Source of the DNA: Klebsormidium nitens
Taxonomy: Eukaryota; Plantae; Klebsormidiophyceae
Direction: 5' to 3'
NCBI GenBank assembly: GCA_000708835.1
Contig: DF237346.1
Span: 1 to 64,000, forward strand
Length of the DNA: 64,000 nucleotides
The stretch's first letter is position 1. Every line of letters starts with the position of its first letter. This document shows positions 1 through 13,632 of this stretch, one piece after another. Below the pieces are notes generated by a model that worked only from the letters and a program-made list of their open reading frames with translations, did no database searches and was not told the DNA's origin. A program made the position numbers and the translations under genes.

Positions 1-247
1 TGACTGAGCTGCTGAGTAGCATTTTGGTGTCCATCGCGAAATCTGTAAAGCCTAAAGGCGCCGCCCATGGCGGCTTGTGTTGGCTGCTCTTCAGACTCTG
101 TTTGATTGGGATGAAAGATCCTGCGTTAGCGACACCCCCCCTTCATCTTCTGTAAGAAATTGTGGAGGTGGCGTGCGATTGGGGCTTACTATCGTAGAAA
201 CGAGCGTTTGTCTGATACAAGTTCAAGCTGCACAAGATCCTGCGGGC

Positions 248-3061
248 ATGGGACTGGCTGAAGACGGTGTAGGCATGGAATCCGGACAAGTGAGTGGTTC
301 ATGCTCTTCGTGAACTTGCCTTTCATGAGACGTCATGGTGCAAGCTTGTGGAAATGATAAAAGAGGTTCGATTGCCTGAACAATCACTTTGATGATGGGG
401 TTCGAGCGACAGCAGACTCAGAATGCAAGGATTGATTGATCAGCAACTCCCCCGATGTAGGTTGTTGTTTTCACGGCCTCATCATGGTCCATAGGGAATC
501 TTGAGCTGTGAGAAACGTGTGCGAATCTCCAAATACTCCCCTCTATTAAGGCCGGATCTTCCTGAAAGAAACTCGTAGTTGTATTTCAAAAGAAGCCTGT
601 GAATTGCAAGGATGCATTTTGAAAGTGTCTCAAGATGGTCGGCAGTCCTTGAGAGAAAGTTGGGTCTTGCGATTCCTCCGAAATCTGGTTATCATGCTTG
701 TACTTTTGAATGTTCCTATCTTCTTGTATCATTGAATGGTTTCTTTCTTACCCGCTCGACTACATTCCTTATTGTGAAACGGAGTATGTGTCCTGCTCCA
801 TGACTGTTTTGGCACTTCATATGCATCGCAAAGTCGTTCTTCGAATATCCAAGTGGCACACAGATGCATCACATCCTTGATTCTAGAGCTTGTCAATGTT
901 ACACAAGAGGAAAGAGCAGACGTTGATGGTTTGTGGTTGATGGTTTTGTTTGTAAACTTCTCAGGAATAAAACTCTCCTGTAGAGAAGTTGTTGAAACGA
1001 TCTGAAGCTGGGACCAATTTTCTGTTTTTGAATTTTGATGAGCCTAGCATTGTCAATGTTTATTGGGTTGTTTTGTGCACAGCTATGTGTTCAGATCCCC
1101 AGATTTTGCCCAAGCAACATCCAAAGTTTACTTCATGGCCCTCTCCTTTCTCTTATTGTGCTTGTCTCACGCCAACTCTTGCAGGGCTCACCCGCAGAAG
1201 AACAAGGTTTTCTGGAGCGCTGTGTGCTTGTTGTCCTGGGCGTCTCCAGTGCTTTGCTTGTTCAAGTCAGGCGTGCGCCAGGAGTGGGCCCTGTTGTTGC
1301 AAATGTTGAGGATGCTCTGCTTCCTTATGCGGCATCAGCTGAGGAGCATTTGAAACAGCATGGCAAGCCGCTTCTGACTTTTGGGGATAAGCAGGTAAGG
1401 ATTCTACCTCCTGAAACAACTTGTTTTGCATTTGTTAGTAAACAAATCTTGTTGAGGCAAGTCTGCGAGAGTACCCCTTAGAGTACCCTGACGACCGTTC
1501 AAGGCCTTACGAACTTGGTTAGCCAGCTTTGGATAGATTTAGCATCTTGCCTTCTTTTTGAAAGATGCTGAGGCAACATAAATTAGCCAACAGGGACTTG
1601 CTACTTACACAACGTCTTTTGCAAGTGTTTATACAGGAGGATCCAAAATAACTTGATCTTTTTGAAGAGAGAGCAGCTGCGAGCCCTATCCTCTTGTGGT
1701 TCACCAATCTTAGTACATGCTTCTTCTTCTGTGCAGCTTCATAACCTCTACACGCTCGTCAGATCTGCTTTCCCGGTTGTTTCGCCCGTCCTGGAGACCG
1801 CCTCCTCTGTGTCCGATTCTGCCCTCTCCGTCATGTCTGACGCTGCCGCTTCGGCAAAGTCGAGGGGTTTCATTGCAACTGGGGTGACTCTGTACGACCA
1901 ATACAAGCCAGCAGCTACGCGGAGAGGCGAGGCTGCAGCGCAGTACTTGGAACGTTTTCCTGTCGTGGCGACCGCGGTGCCTTTGATGAGGTATGAAACG
2001 AATCAATCAGTCCCTCTGATCAGTCTTCCCTGCTTGCAACTTCTATCTTCTTGAGTCTCCCTTCTTTCAACACGGCTCGTCGAGCGCCATAGTGCAGTAT
2101 TGTCACAGTGAGTCGAGTTTCACTGCCAAAGTCAACTTTTACTGACCCCAATCTGCTGATACAGGTGTGTCGGAGCAAAGGTCAGTGGGGTGATAGACTG
2201 GGCTGTTGACACCGGTCGACCCAAGCAGGACTCTGACCAGTCCGACACCCCTTCTGAGACTCCAAAAGCAGGTAAGGCAAGATCGTTCCAGCAGAAGACC
2301 ACTACTAAAGACCGTTTCTATCACGGCACTGCATAAGGAACCAGTGTCGCTAAGAAGAGTTTCGTTCGGGTGAGTTATCACAGGGGTGACTACTGCAGAT
2401 CTTTGTGTTCAGCTTTTCTAGTGCGTGCTTCTTGACTCTTTGCTCAGTTTCTCATGGGGAGCAGACTCGTCTGTGAAGATAGAAGCCATCTAAGCATGCT
2501 TTAGAAACATCCGTTTGCAATGTTAGGGTAGATGGGGACCGCTTGAGTTTCACTAAACAAAGCTGTTGCCTTCAAAAGGCACGTAGTTTTGTTGGACTCA
2601 GTTGAGGAGTTCGAGTCTTGCTGGCAATCTCCTTAAAACATACATCCGGGACCCCAGCACGTCCCATACTGCTCGGGGCTCGGAAGAGAATGCAAGGCTT
2701 GAGTCAACTCGGAGAATTTGGTTAGTCCGTCCTGAGTTCGTCATTCTCAATCGCTCACATGCTGTGTATGGAAGACTCAAATCTCTTGCATTTTTTCGTC
2801 GTTTCTCCAGAAGACAATATCGGGGAAGAGGTGGCACCGGCGGAGAAGACTGAGGTGGCCACCGCTGTGCCGGAGATAACGGACAAGGACGTGGGAATGG
2901 TCGACGAGGACAAGTCGACGGCGCATGAAAGCAGTCCGAAGGGAAGCGTTCCAGGAGCTAAAGAGCTCGACGATGTCGTCCCTGTCGAGTCTCTCTTTGA
3001 AAGCTGGACAACTGGAACGCGGTCAAGGAGAGGCAGCGTGGTCGGGACTGCTGTCAAGTGA
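248..3061 (+). CDS. REF/SRPP (LDAP, lipid-droplet-associated protein)-like protein, 5 exons, ~287 aa, with acidic C-terminal tail
   Basis: Exons 248-289, 1185-1394, 1737-1990, 2165-2271 and 2811-3061 have GT-AG borders and join in frame (864 nt). Segments GPVVANVEDALLPY...KPLLTFGDKQ and ATGVTLYDQYKPAA...YLERFP align by eye with REF/SRPP motifs (PGVxTVEGTVK...LLKFVDRK; AKSVYxKYEPxA...LNxLP). Exon 1 is the least certain. Confidence 0.6.
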
Positions 3062-4311
3062 GCGTCATGCTGCAAGTAATGTGTACATTGTGTTGATACA
3101 TGAAGGAACGTGCGTCAAAATGTTTAGGGGCTGGTTCATTGGTCAAATGGAAAGAGTTTTACTATGGCCAGAAACGGACGCGCTGCCGCTCGCAGCTATT
3201 GGATACTATAGCAGATTAAGCTTAGTGCTGGTCCAAATGGCGAAGTTCGCCGAAGAGAATATTGCCATTTTTACGTCTTGTATTAGCGAGCTGGTTTGGG
3301 GTTCGTGTCTTTCTCAGGGGTGTACGGAGCTGGCAAAAGCTCATTCCACGGAGTAGTTTCTACATCATTCTTGGATATTCAATTCTGTAGATTCAGCATA
3401 GGTTAGGGCAGGTCTTAGAAAATAACAATACATAGTACTCTGTTGAAGGACGTTTCTGAAGGCGGCGTATGATACTGTAAAGTACCTTGAAGTTGCAAGT
3501 TATGTATATCGGGTTTGGCCCCAGATCAAATATCCATGGCCTGCTTGGCAGTAGAAAATGTGGAGTTTGATTGTTTTAACATGCAATTCATGGCACGACC
3601 TACTTTTCATGACATTTGATGCCGCTTAAGTAATTCAATTGCTAGCTACAGTAGTATCCAATTTCCGTCGCGTCATGCAGCCTGGCTCCGCCTGCTATAT
3701 CTCTCATGCAAGCACGATGATCTATAGCTAACTGACGGTACGCGTGCATTTTGAGAGCCGCAACCATATATATGTGCGTGCACATGCCCTATAGTGCACA
3801 GCCACCGTCAGCATAATTATCACCACAATGATCTTGCAATCGAAGAAGGGACGTTGGGGACCATATGTCACATGTATACCGTATACATACGTCGTTTCCA
3901 GACCCTGCCTTGCTTTTCTCCAGTTCTTTAAGTTAGCTAAGGTATGGACTTGGCTAAGAGGCTTGTTGAACACAAACCTCGTGAACTCGATTGCAGATAT
4001 TGCATTGATCAATTGAGGCAGGCTGGATACAATGCAGTGGATCTTCGAATGCAGTTGACCCTACAAAAGGTCATTTTACAACTGTTGCTAGTTTCAGGGA
4101 CAACTTATTCTACCATACAGGAAATGTGGGCACCCCTTACTAACCTCATCTCAGAGGAGACCTACAGCTACTGTAGCTGACTGTCGACATGGATATTACA
4201 GAGGTTCTTGCCAAAAACAACCGCTAGAGTGGCCATATGGACAGGGCGCTCCGAAGCAAGTTAGAGTTTATGCAGCTTGGACGTTTGAGGAGCGGCCCTT
4301 GCCGTCTCCGG

Positions 4312-5845
<1,534 letters not shown>

Positions 5846-6863
5846 CTATTACAATCACAATCTAGTAGATTAGAGGGACCGCTTAGTTTGGAAAATCACC
5901 ATTCAGCAGTTTGAAGAAACTGGTTGGTTTTTACTAATAACAACCTAGCAGACTGGAGAAAATGGTTGCAAACCAGGTCAGTTACTCCCAAATGAGGTCA
6001 CTGTGGTTGCTTGCAATCGATTGTGAAAGAAGATCACCACCAGCGAAGTAGAGCGCCGCAGTGTTTCTCAACAAGCTTTGCTTCCTTCAGTTGGATCTAA
6101 AAGGGCACCCTGCACACGCGCTTGCTGGAGTACTGCTTGACAATTGGGACGTGCTTTACATCAGGTGCAAACTCATTACCAAAATGCGCCCTTCCACAAT
6201 ACTGTCAGTGTTATATCTAAAAGTGACGAAGAGAAGCAGGAGAAGTGCCAAGTTGAAGAAGTGCGTACGTGCATTCAGACTTGAACAGTTCTCTGGTGAT
6301 CAGGATGCATCATGCAACCAGTTAACCCAATTTGGTCAACTTGCCGCCGAGAAGAGTAAACCAAAGTTAATACCATAGGTTTAGAAACCATAGATGCATC
6401 GGTCAATCACAGGTGTGGTCCCACTCACAAGCTACAGCCGAGAGATACAAGGGAAAAGAAGAGAGAAAAGAAGAAAAAGGAGAGATATACGAGAGTGTTT
6501 TTTAGCTTTATAAGACGACATCAGGAATACCAAACGGCCCCAGATAGCCGTTCGATACAGAGCCTGATTCATCCTGACCGTCCGATCTCCAAAAAGTCAA
6601 GAAGTGACGAACAAATGACGTTGCATCAGATTCTATTTTCGGCGACTCGGACCCCGGTCTATGATCGACACGTGGTCTTTTTGACACGCGGCCCAATCAA
6701 ATTGCCGGATTTAATGTCATGTCGCATACTGAGTGGGACCGAAAAGCGTGAGTGGTACCAATTGTTTAACACAATGGCCCGGTTGCAAACTTTCTCACTA
6801 CCAACCTAGACTAATTGGATCCTGGGGAGATGCCCCGAGTGGAAGCTCTTTTAATTAAATATA

Positions 6864-7665
6864 AGGTGGTAGGACGGTATTCGACAGTGGGAGCACATTC
6901 AAAACCCTATATCTTCATCTAGACATCATGGAATCGCATTCCGTTTTTTCGAGGTGGTTGGGGGCATTGAAAGGCATCTTTAGGAGCCCCTCAACCTGTG
7001 ATACAACATGCCAAAGCAAATCGAAGCACATGATAAGTTGGCAAAATGTGCAGTTTTCGCTGCAGGAACCCCCCGGCAAAACGGGGGCAAAACGGCTTTA
7101 TTGGAATATTTTTGAAAGATAGAATTTGCTCGGAAGGGAGGCATTCAACATGGGGGGAAGATGGGATGTCAGAACANNNNNNNNNNNNNNNNNNNNNNNN
7201 NNNNNNNNNNNNNNNNNNNNNNNNNNNNNNNNNNNNNNNNNNNNNNNNNNNNNNNNNNNNNNNNNNNNNNNNNNNNNNNNNNNNNNNNNNNNNNNNNNNN
7301 NNNNNNNNNNNNNNNNNNNNNNNNNNNNNNNNNNNNNNNNNNNNNNNNNNNNNNNNNNNNNNNNNNNNNNNNNNNNNNNNNNNNNNNNNNNNNNNNNNNN
7401 NNNNNNNNNNNNNNNNNNNNNNNNNNNNNNNNNNNNNNNNNNNNNNNNNNNNNNNNNNNNNNNNNNNNNNNNNNNNNNNNNNNNNNNNNNNNNNNNNNNN
7501 NNNNNNNNNNNNNNNNNNNNNNNNNNNNNNNNNNCTGAGGGGCTCCTAAAGATGCCTTTCAATGCCCCCAACCACCTCGAAAAAACGGAACGCGATTCCA
7601 TGATGTTTACATGAAGATATAGGGTTTTGAATGTGCTCCCACTGTCGAATACCGTCCTACCACCT
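6864..7665. mobile_element. DNA transposon/MITE-like element with terminal inverted repeats of at least 130 bp and TA flanks; interior partly an N gap
   Basis: 6864-6993 (aggtggtaggacggtattcgacagtgggagcacattc...aggagcccctca) is a near-perfect inverted repeat of 7536-7665. TA lies immediately outside both ends (6862-6863 and 7666-7667), as expected for a Tc1/mariner-type target-site duplication. No transposase is visible, and 7177-7534 is N, so the true length is unknown. Confidence 0.8.
7177..7534. other. Assembly gap (run of N)
   Basis: Contiguous Ns. ORF-track entries spanning this interval are artefacts. Confidence 0.99.
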
Positions 7666-7971
7666 TAAGCAGAAAGACCGGCATGGCCCGTCAAGTGAGT
7701 AAGGTAGACTCTACTGGTGGCTTTAGACCATCTTAGGTTAACCGAGGTTAGGTCAACCTAACACTAGCAACAGGATTACTGCCTGCCCTTCCCAGCACTT
7801 CTCATGAGCAGCCCATTTCAGCAGGAAGTTTCGAGAGCTCCCGTATCATCTACGAAGGTTGCAACATTGTCCAACAGGTCCCACAAATCATTCTTTTGTA
7901 AAGTACCAAAAAAACTTCTCCACAACTTTTTAAGGAAGAAGATCTGCGCCTAGGAATGACAATAAGCAGCC

Positions 7972-10900
7972 ATGTCGCGCCACCACCACCAGGACGCGAA
8001 TGCTACTGCCGAAATGCACGTGGCGGGGGTGACATCAGCTCTCTCCGCGCTGCGAGAGCTGATTGCATGGCCCCTCCTTTACTGGGAAGAGGGCCTCTCC
8101 CTGGGGGTGCAATGGCCCCGCGGGGTACTGCTGCACGGCCCCCCTGGAGTGGGGAAAACTCTTCTGGTCAATGCTGTAGCTAAGGAGTGTGGGGCTAGCA
8201 TCCATCCTCTGAGCGCTGCTTCGGTGTTTGGCGCGTTCGCAGGCGAGAGCGAGGAAAGGATGAGAAAGACATTTGCAGATGCAGAGAGGGAGGCACGAGC
8301 TGGCTGTCCGGCTATTGTGTTTATTGATGAGATCGACGCGCTCTGCCCTCGGAGAGACGCACGGTGAGGGGCGTGTGCAGCTCTTTGTGCTTCTCAACAA
8401 ATTGCACTTCAGGGCATTTGCTGCTCTTTGTACCTACAATCATAAGTCAGGTATCAGAATGTAATCAGATATAGACTTTGGGAGAACTTGTCGGTGGTGT
8501 CACTGTTGAGGGCGCCTGCCAGGCTTGGCGCAATTGTTGAATGGGGGAACTTGGCTCCCGTCTTACGCTGCGGTTCCATCAGCGAACCTATCAGATGGGG
8601 CCACATTGACAACCTGGTCTAACCAATGAATAAGTGAATAAGTTTCCTTTTCAATTGGCCTTCAGCTATCGTGCCACCCTTCTCGGTCAGAAGTTTGATG
8701 AACCCGCACCCTGTTTCTTAGACAGTCCTGGTGACAATACCCCAGCATCTTGTAAGGGCCAACTATCTGTTTCTGCACCACCTTCCTTCAATACGGTTCA
8801 CAAGGGCTTGCTGTTTGAATTCAATGGAGCCAAACGGCCCCTCAATTCGACAACATTATATACCGTAATATTTGCTCCCCTGGTTTTACTTTTAACCCCG
8901 AGAAAAGGTATGTGTGGTGGCTCCACTTGGCCAGTAAACAATGTGGAGGCAATCGCAGTGATCAAATATATCCGTCAGTAAAATCGTTTTTCCCATACGC
9001 CAGCAGGAGGCGTGCGTGGTGTCTCCATCGGGTCAGTAGACAAAACCACATAGTAAAGCAATGACCAAATTACGCCTAAGTCACGTTTTCGTCTCCCCAG
9101 GCGCCAGCAGGAGGCGCGCGTGGTGGCCCAGCTGCTGACTCTCATGGACGGTATCACTGGGAAATCGAGCACGAGGCGGAAAGCGAGGGTGCTGGTAGTG
9201 GCGGCGACCAACAGGTGTGGGAGCTCTGCTTTGCGTGTCTGAACGGGTGGTTTGACCAGGTTTACTGTTGTTCTAAAAGCCCTTCAGTTTTCCAAAAGCA
9301 ATCAGGAAATAAAACGGGTTGATCATGGTTCTTGAGTCTGAAGTAAGGCAGGGCTTCGAGCGCTTGAATGCGTGTAAGCTAGTCTTGTGCTACTTCGATT
9401 TTGTTGTTATGCCACTCGGCGTTAGTAGATCAATAATGCTTTGTAGGCCAGCCAATATAGGCCAATATCGAAGCCTACTGTAGAATCCTGGTGAAGCATC
9501 TATAGAGACGAATCTCCCTGGATCCATGTGAAAAAACACATTTCCTATCTATGCGCCCCTTCACCACTTTCTTCAGCACACAGGTCAATCCCGTGAAAGT
9601 TTGCCCCTGCAGCTTTAGCCCATTACACGCCGTCACTATTTGTCCCACACTTACCGGGAGAAATGTTTGCTTGCAAGCGAATCTCTCAATCACCCACGTC
9701 CATTCGCCCCCCTTGCCTTCACGCTTCCTGGAAGAGGTTTTCGTCTGCAAAATTGACCCCCCCAATGAGCACGTTTCCTTTGCAGGCCCAACGCCCTAGA
9801 CCCCGCGCTGCGCCGCCCCGGCCGCTTCGACCGTGAGGTCGCCGTCACAGTCCCCAACACTTCAGAGCGCCTCGCCATCCTGAAACTCCACTCCCGAAGC
9901 CTGCCTCTGGCTGATGACGTCAGCTTGGCGGAGATCGCCGCGGCGTGTAACGGCTACACAGGAGCGGACCTCGCAGCACTGGCCCGGGAGGCGGCAATGC
10001 TGGCAATGGCGCGGGAGAGCCGAGAAGAGGGGGCGGGGGCGGAGCGACCCGAGGGGAGTCGAGCAGGGGTGGGTAACGATCTGACGGAAAGTGGAGAAAG
10101 CCCGAGTACTGGAGTTCAAAGCTCGCGGAATGGTTCAGTGAGGGGCCACAAAGCGGAAGGAAGCGTGGACGATCCGTCAGGACCAGATAGGGGACGAGAA
10201 GCTCTTGAAGATCGGAAGAGTTCGGGAAGTCGATGCGAGACGTCGGGGGAGAGCCGAAATTCAGCGGGGAACGGCGGAGGCCCTGTTGAAGGCACGGTTG
10301 GACGGTCGAGGGGCGTGTGCATGGGTGACTGGCGGGCGGCGATGCTGAGAGTGGGGCCCTCCGTGGTGCGGGGGTCGGCGGCGGAGGTGCCAGCGGTGTC
10401 GTGGGACGACATCGGAGGGCTGCATGACGTCAAGGTATGCAATTTGATATGTCGGAACGCGCTCTCCTTCGCGAGTTTGTTCCTGTGCGGGGATTAGCAA
10501 ACCCAGAACACATACGATGTTTGGATTGATAGTTGCCTCGAGGGTGACGTCGACAGTCGTTATAACACAACGTTCGCGAATCCTTTCGCCATCATAGAAG
10601 ATACTTCGTCGCTCTCTGTTGAGATGCACACTAAGTCTCTGAGAAGTTTTGCACATGAAACTTAGCGCCTGAAGTTGCGCGTCAATGCAGCGGCGACTTC
10701 AACAAGCGGTGGAGTGGCCCATCCAGCACGCAGACTCGTTTCGACGCCTCGGCCTGTCCCCGCCCCGGGGAGTGCTCTTACACGGGCCACCGGGGTAAGG
10801 CCAGCACTTTTGCAGATTCATAAGGGGAGAGTTTATCAGCAGAATGTGATCTCCTGAACTCGAAACACATCGAGCGCTTTTCTTGGCACGGATTAAGGGA

Positions 10901-13632
10901 TTCAAGGGATAGTGATAAGCAATTTGGAATTGAGAAACGTCGAAAGTCGTTTGAAGAACCAGACGCGCTTGCTATTTCACTCTACTTTCGAACATGAACT
11001 TTCCAATTGCTTCAACAACGTCTGTTCCTGTCGTTCAGGTGCTGCAAAACAACTCTGGCAAGGGCTGCCGCACATGCGGCAAAGTGCACGCTCTTCTCCT
11101 TAAGGCAAGTCGCACTTCTATGATATAGACCGGTATTTGGTGGCTTAGACGGGCGGATGCAATCACGAAGTGTTCGACCGAGTAGAGTGGTGCATTCCAG
11201 ATTGTAAGCACTTACGAATGTACATCGAGAAATAGGGCTTCTATCACGACCGCCTTACAAATGATAGCTCGCAGACGGTTCGGCTATACTTTAGCGCAAA
11301 TTGCAAATTGGTTGCGCGGAACTGCTAGAATCCAGAACACTTCGAGTACCTCGAACGCCTTCCAGTGGTTTGCATAAGAGGAGCGCTATGCACCGTCGGA
11401 GCTCAGATAAGTTCTAGCACTGTTGAAGCGCACAGCGCCGTTAACGAGCGCTCCTCGCTCGCTTTCAGTGGCGCCGAGCTCTTTTCCATGTACGTCGGCG
11501 AAGGAGAGGCGTTACTGCGAGAAACGTTCCGGCGCGCGCGGCTGGCGGCCCCGGCCATTGTCTTCTTCGACGAGGCCGACGCGGTCGCGACTCGCAGGTA
11601 TGAAGTTTCTACCGACCGCCTTTTTTAGCTTGTATTACCATGAGCAAACGATGCTCTGCTCAATCCTGAGACGGGACTGAGACAGCGGACAATTCTGGTC
11701 CTTTGTAAAGGCAAGAGTTGAAGAGGAAAAGGCGGGTAGGGGACCGAGACTTTGGTCCAGGTCTAAGTCTGACGCTTCTGGCTTCTGAATAAGCGACTCA
11801 CTTAAGGGAGCAGCAAATCTTTGCCGTGACTGCCACCTGGTTCCTCATTCTCATTTTTTGGCTGCAGGACAAAGTCGGTGTCCTTGCAGGCAAGAGACCG
11901 GGCTCTTTTCCTAATCCAGCATCTCACAAATATTGCCGGCTTTACACTGTGATACGATCCGCGAATCTGACTTTTTCCAAGAACGTCGAGCTTTCAATCG
12001 CGCTAGTGAGTGACGTTCGTCTTCTTGCGCAGGGCGGCGGGAGGCGGAGGCGGCGTGTCAGTCCAGGAGCGGTTGTTAAGCTCCCTGCTCACTGAAATGG
12101 ACGGCCTAGAATTGGCGCAGGGAATCCTGGTTATGGCAGCGACCAACCGGCCGCACGCCCTGGATGCGGCGTTGGTGCGGCCGGGCCGGTTCGACCTGGT
12201 GAGAAAAGGTTCTCATGATCAATCATTTCCGACCGTCCGAAAGAGCACATTCCACGGTTGAACGCAAGTGAAGCACCGTTCCCGAGCCCAGTGGTAACTG
12301 ATATCCCCCAGGCTCTCGAGACACTCAGCGAAGTTCGTGAAGAATGTCTAGAAATAAGAAAAGATGCTTATTCCCATCAACAGCTGAGGCGTTTCAATTA
12401 TCGAAACCATTGCAGACGCGCTCTGAGAACCGGGTTTGCTCAGCAGCGTTCTTTCGTAGCGTGACCGTTCGTTGCAGAGGAGACCGTCCAGTGGTGTAGA
12501 AGGTTCTACGTGGAACACTTTCTGTGCTTCGGGTCGAGCATGTCAGGGTAGTTGCGACCGACGCGACAATGCCCCCGCGATCTTCCAAATTCTGCGCCCC
12601 CAGATTCTCCCGAGAACAAATTGCCATTCTCAAAAGACGCCTGCCTACATTATCACGGAACAAAGCAGCCTGCCCCTCTCGTTTCTTCGTACTTGCAGCA
12701 TCCGACCTTAGAAGCACGACCATCACGTCATGGCGAACCAGACTGAAATCATTTCTGAAAACCTCCGTACTTAACTTTCTGGTTCCTCCTCGGGCTCGTC
12801 TTCCCAGTAACCGATACCTTCTGACGGCAGGTTCTGTACGTGCCCCCCCCGGATGAAGAGGGCCGCCTGGAAGCACTGCGCGTGCACACGCGCAAGATGG
12901 CCCTGGCTGCTGACGTGGACCTCCCCGCGCTCGCGGCGGACACGGAGCTATTCACCGGGGCGGAGCTGGCGGGACTCTGCAGGTAGGGCGGAGCATCTGC
13001 GCTTACCTGCTGTCGCGCTTGCATGCAAATGTGCGTTAATAGATTCTACTCCATCTAGGCGATTGATCGCCGTTTGACAGCATAGGAGATCGGCCAAAAG
13101 ACGCCAAAAGACGCAAATGGTGTCTGCCTGTGTGACGCTGCTTATTTCCTTTTCCGTTCCGTTCGCCTTGAGATGCTGTCGGTTTCTCTTTTGACTGTCA
13201 CCTTTCGAATCCGATTTGTGCATCGCCGTCGTCTTTTCCGCGCCAACTCCACCGCTTTCAGAGTCCTCGGCAACTGGCAAGGAATTCGAAGGCGGATCGT
13301 TTATGTGTAAGCGAAAGAGACGAAGTCTCTCAAACTTGAACTTCAAACCAGCAAAGGAAAGGGAAGGTGACAAACCGGCGCTTTTGTCCAAAGAAGACTC
13401 AGCTTTTCATATGACAGTTGCTAGCTGTTCTTTTAGCAATTTCAAACTCAGTCTCGCCATTGACTGCAGGGAGGCAGCGCTGACGGCGTTGCGAGAGGAC
13501 CTTTCCGCCACCGCAGTTGCGCACAAACACTTTCTCTCGTCGAGGCAGAACACGCGCCCCGCTCTTACGCCCCTCAGCCTCGCTAGCTACGCTTCCTTCG
13601 ACGCCAAATTGAACTCTCGCTCGAGGACGTGA
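7972..13632 (+). CDS. CDC48B: AAA+ ATPase CDC48B / AFG2B (SPATA5L1)-like, two AAA domains, 9 exons, ~644 aa
   Basis: Exons are 7972-8363, 9101-9214, 9786-10434, 10691-10794, 11039-11104 (GC donor), 11469-11597, 12033-12198, 12831-12982 and 13470-13632 (1935 nt, in frame). D1 has Walker A GPPGVGKT and Walker [16 protein letters not shown]2 has [16 protein letters not shown] and [20 protein letters not shown]. There is no N-domain, and [15 protein letters not shown] matches plant CDC48B. Confidence 0.9.
8984..9021 (+). repeat. Degenerate copy of the CDC48B exon 2 start
   Basis: cgccagcaggaggcgtgcgtggtg (8998-9021) versus exon 2 cgccagcaggaggcgcgcgtggtg (9102-9125), 23/24 identical. The acceptor AG is lost in the copy. 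Confidence 0.85.

Noticed and set aside
7046-7614. ORFs of 125-167 aa in the ORF track
   Set aside because: They run through the N gap and are artefacts.
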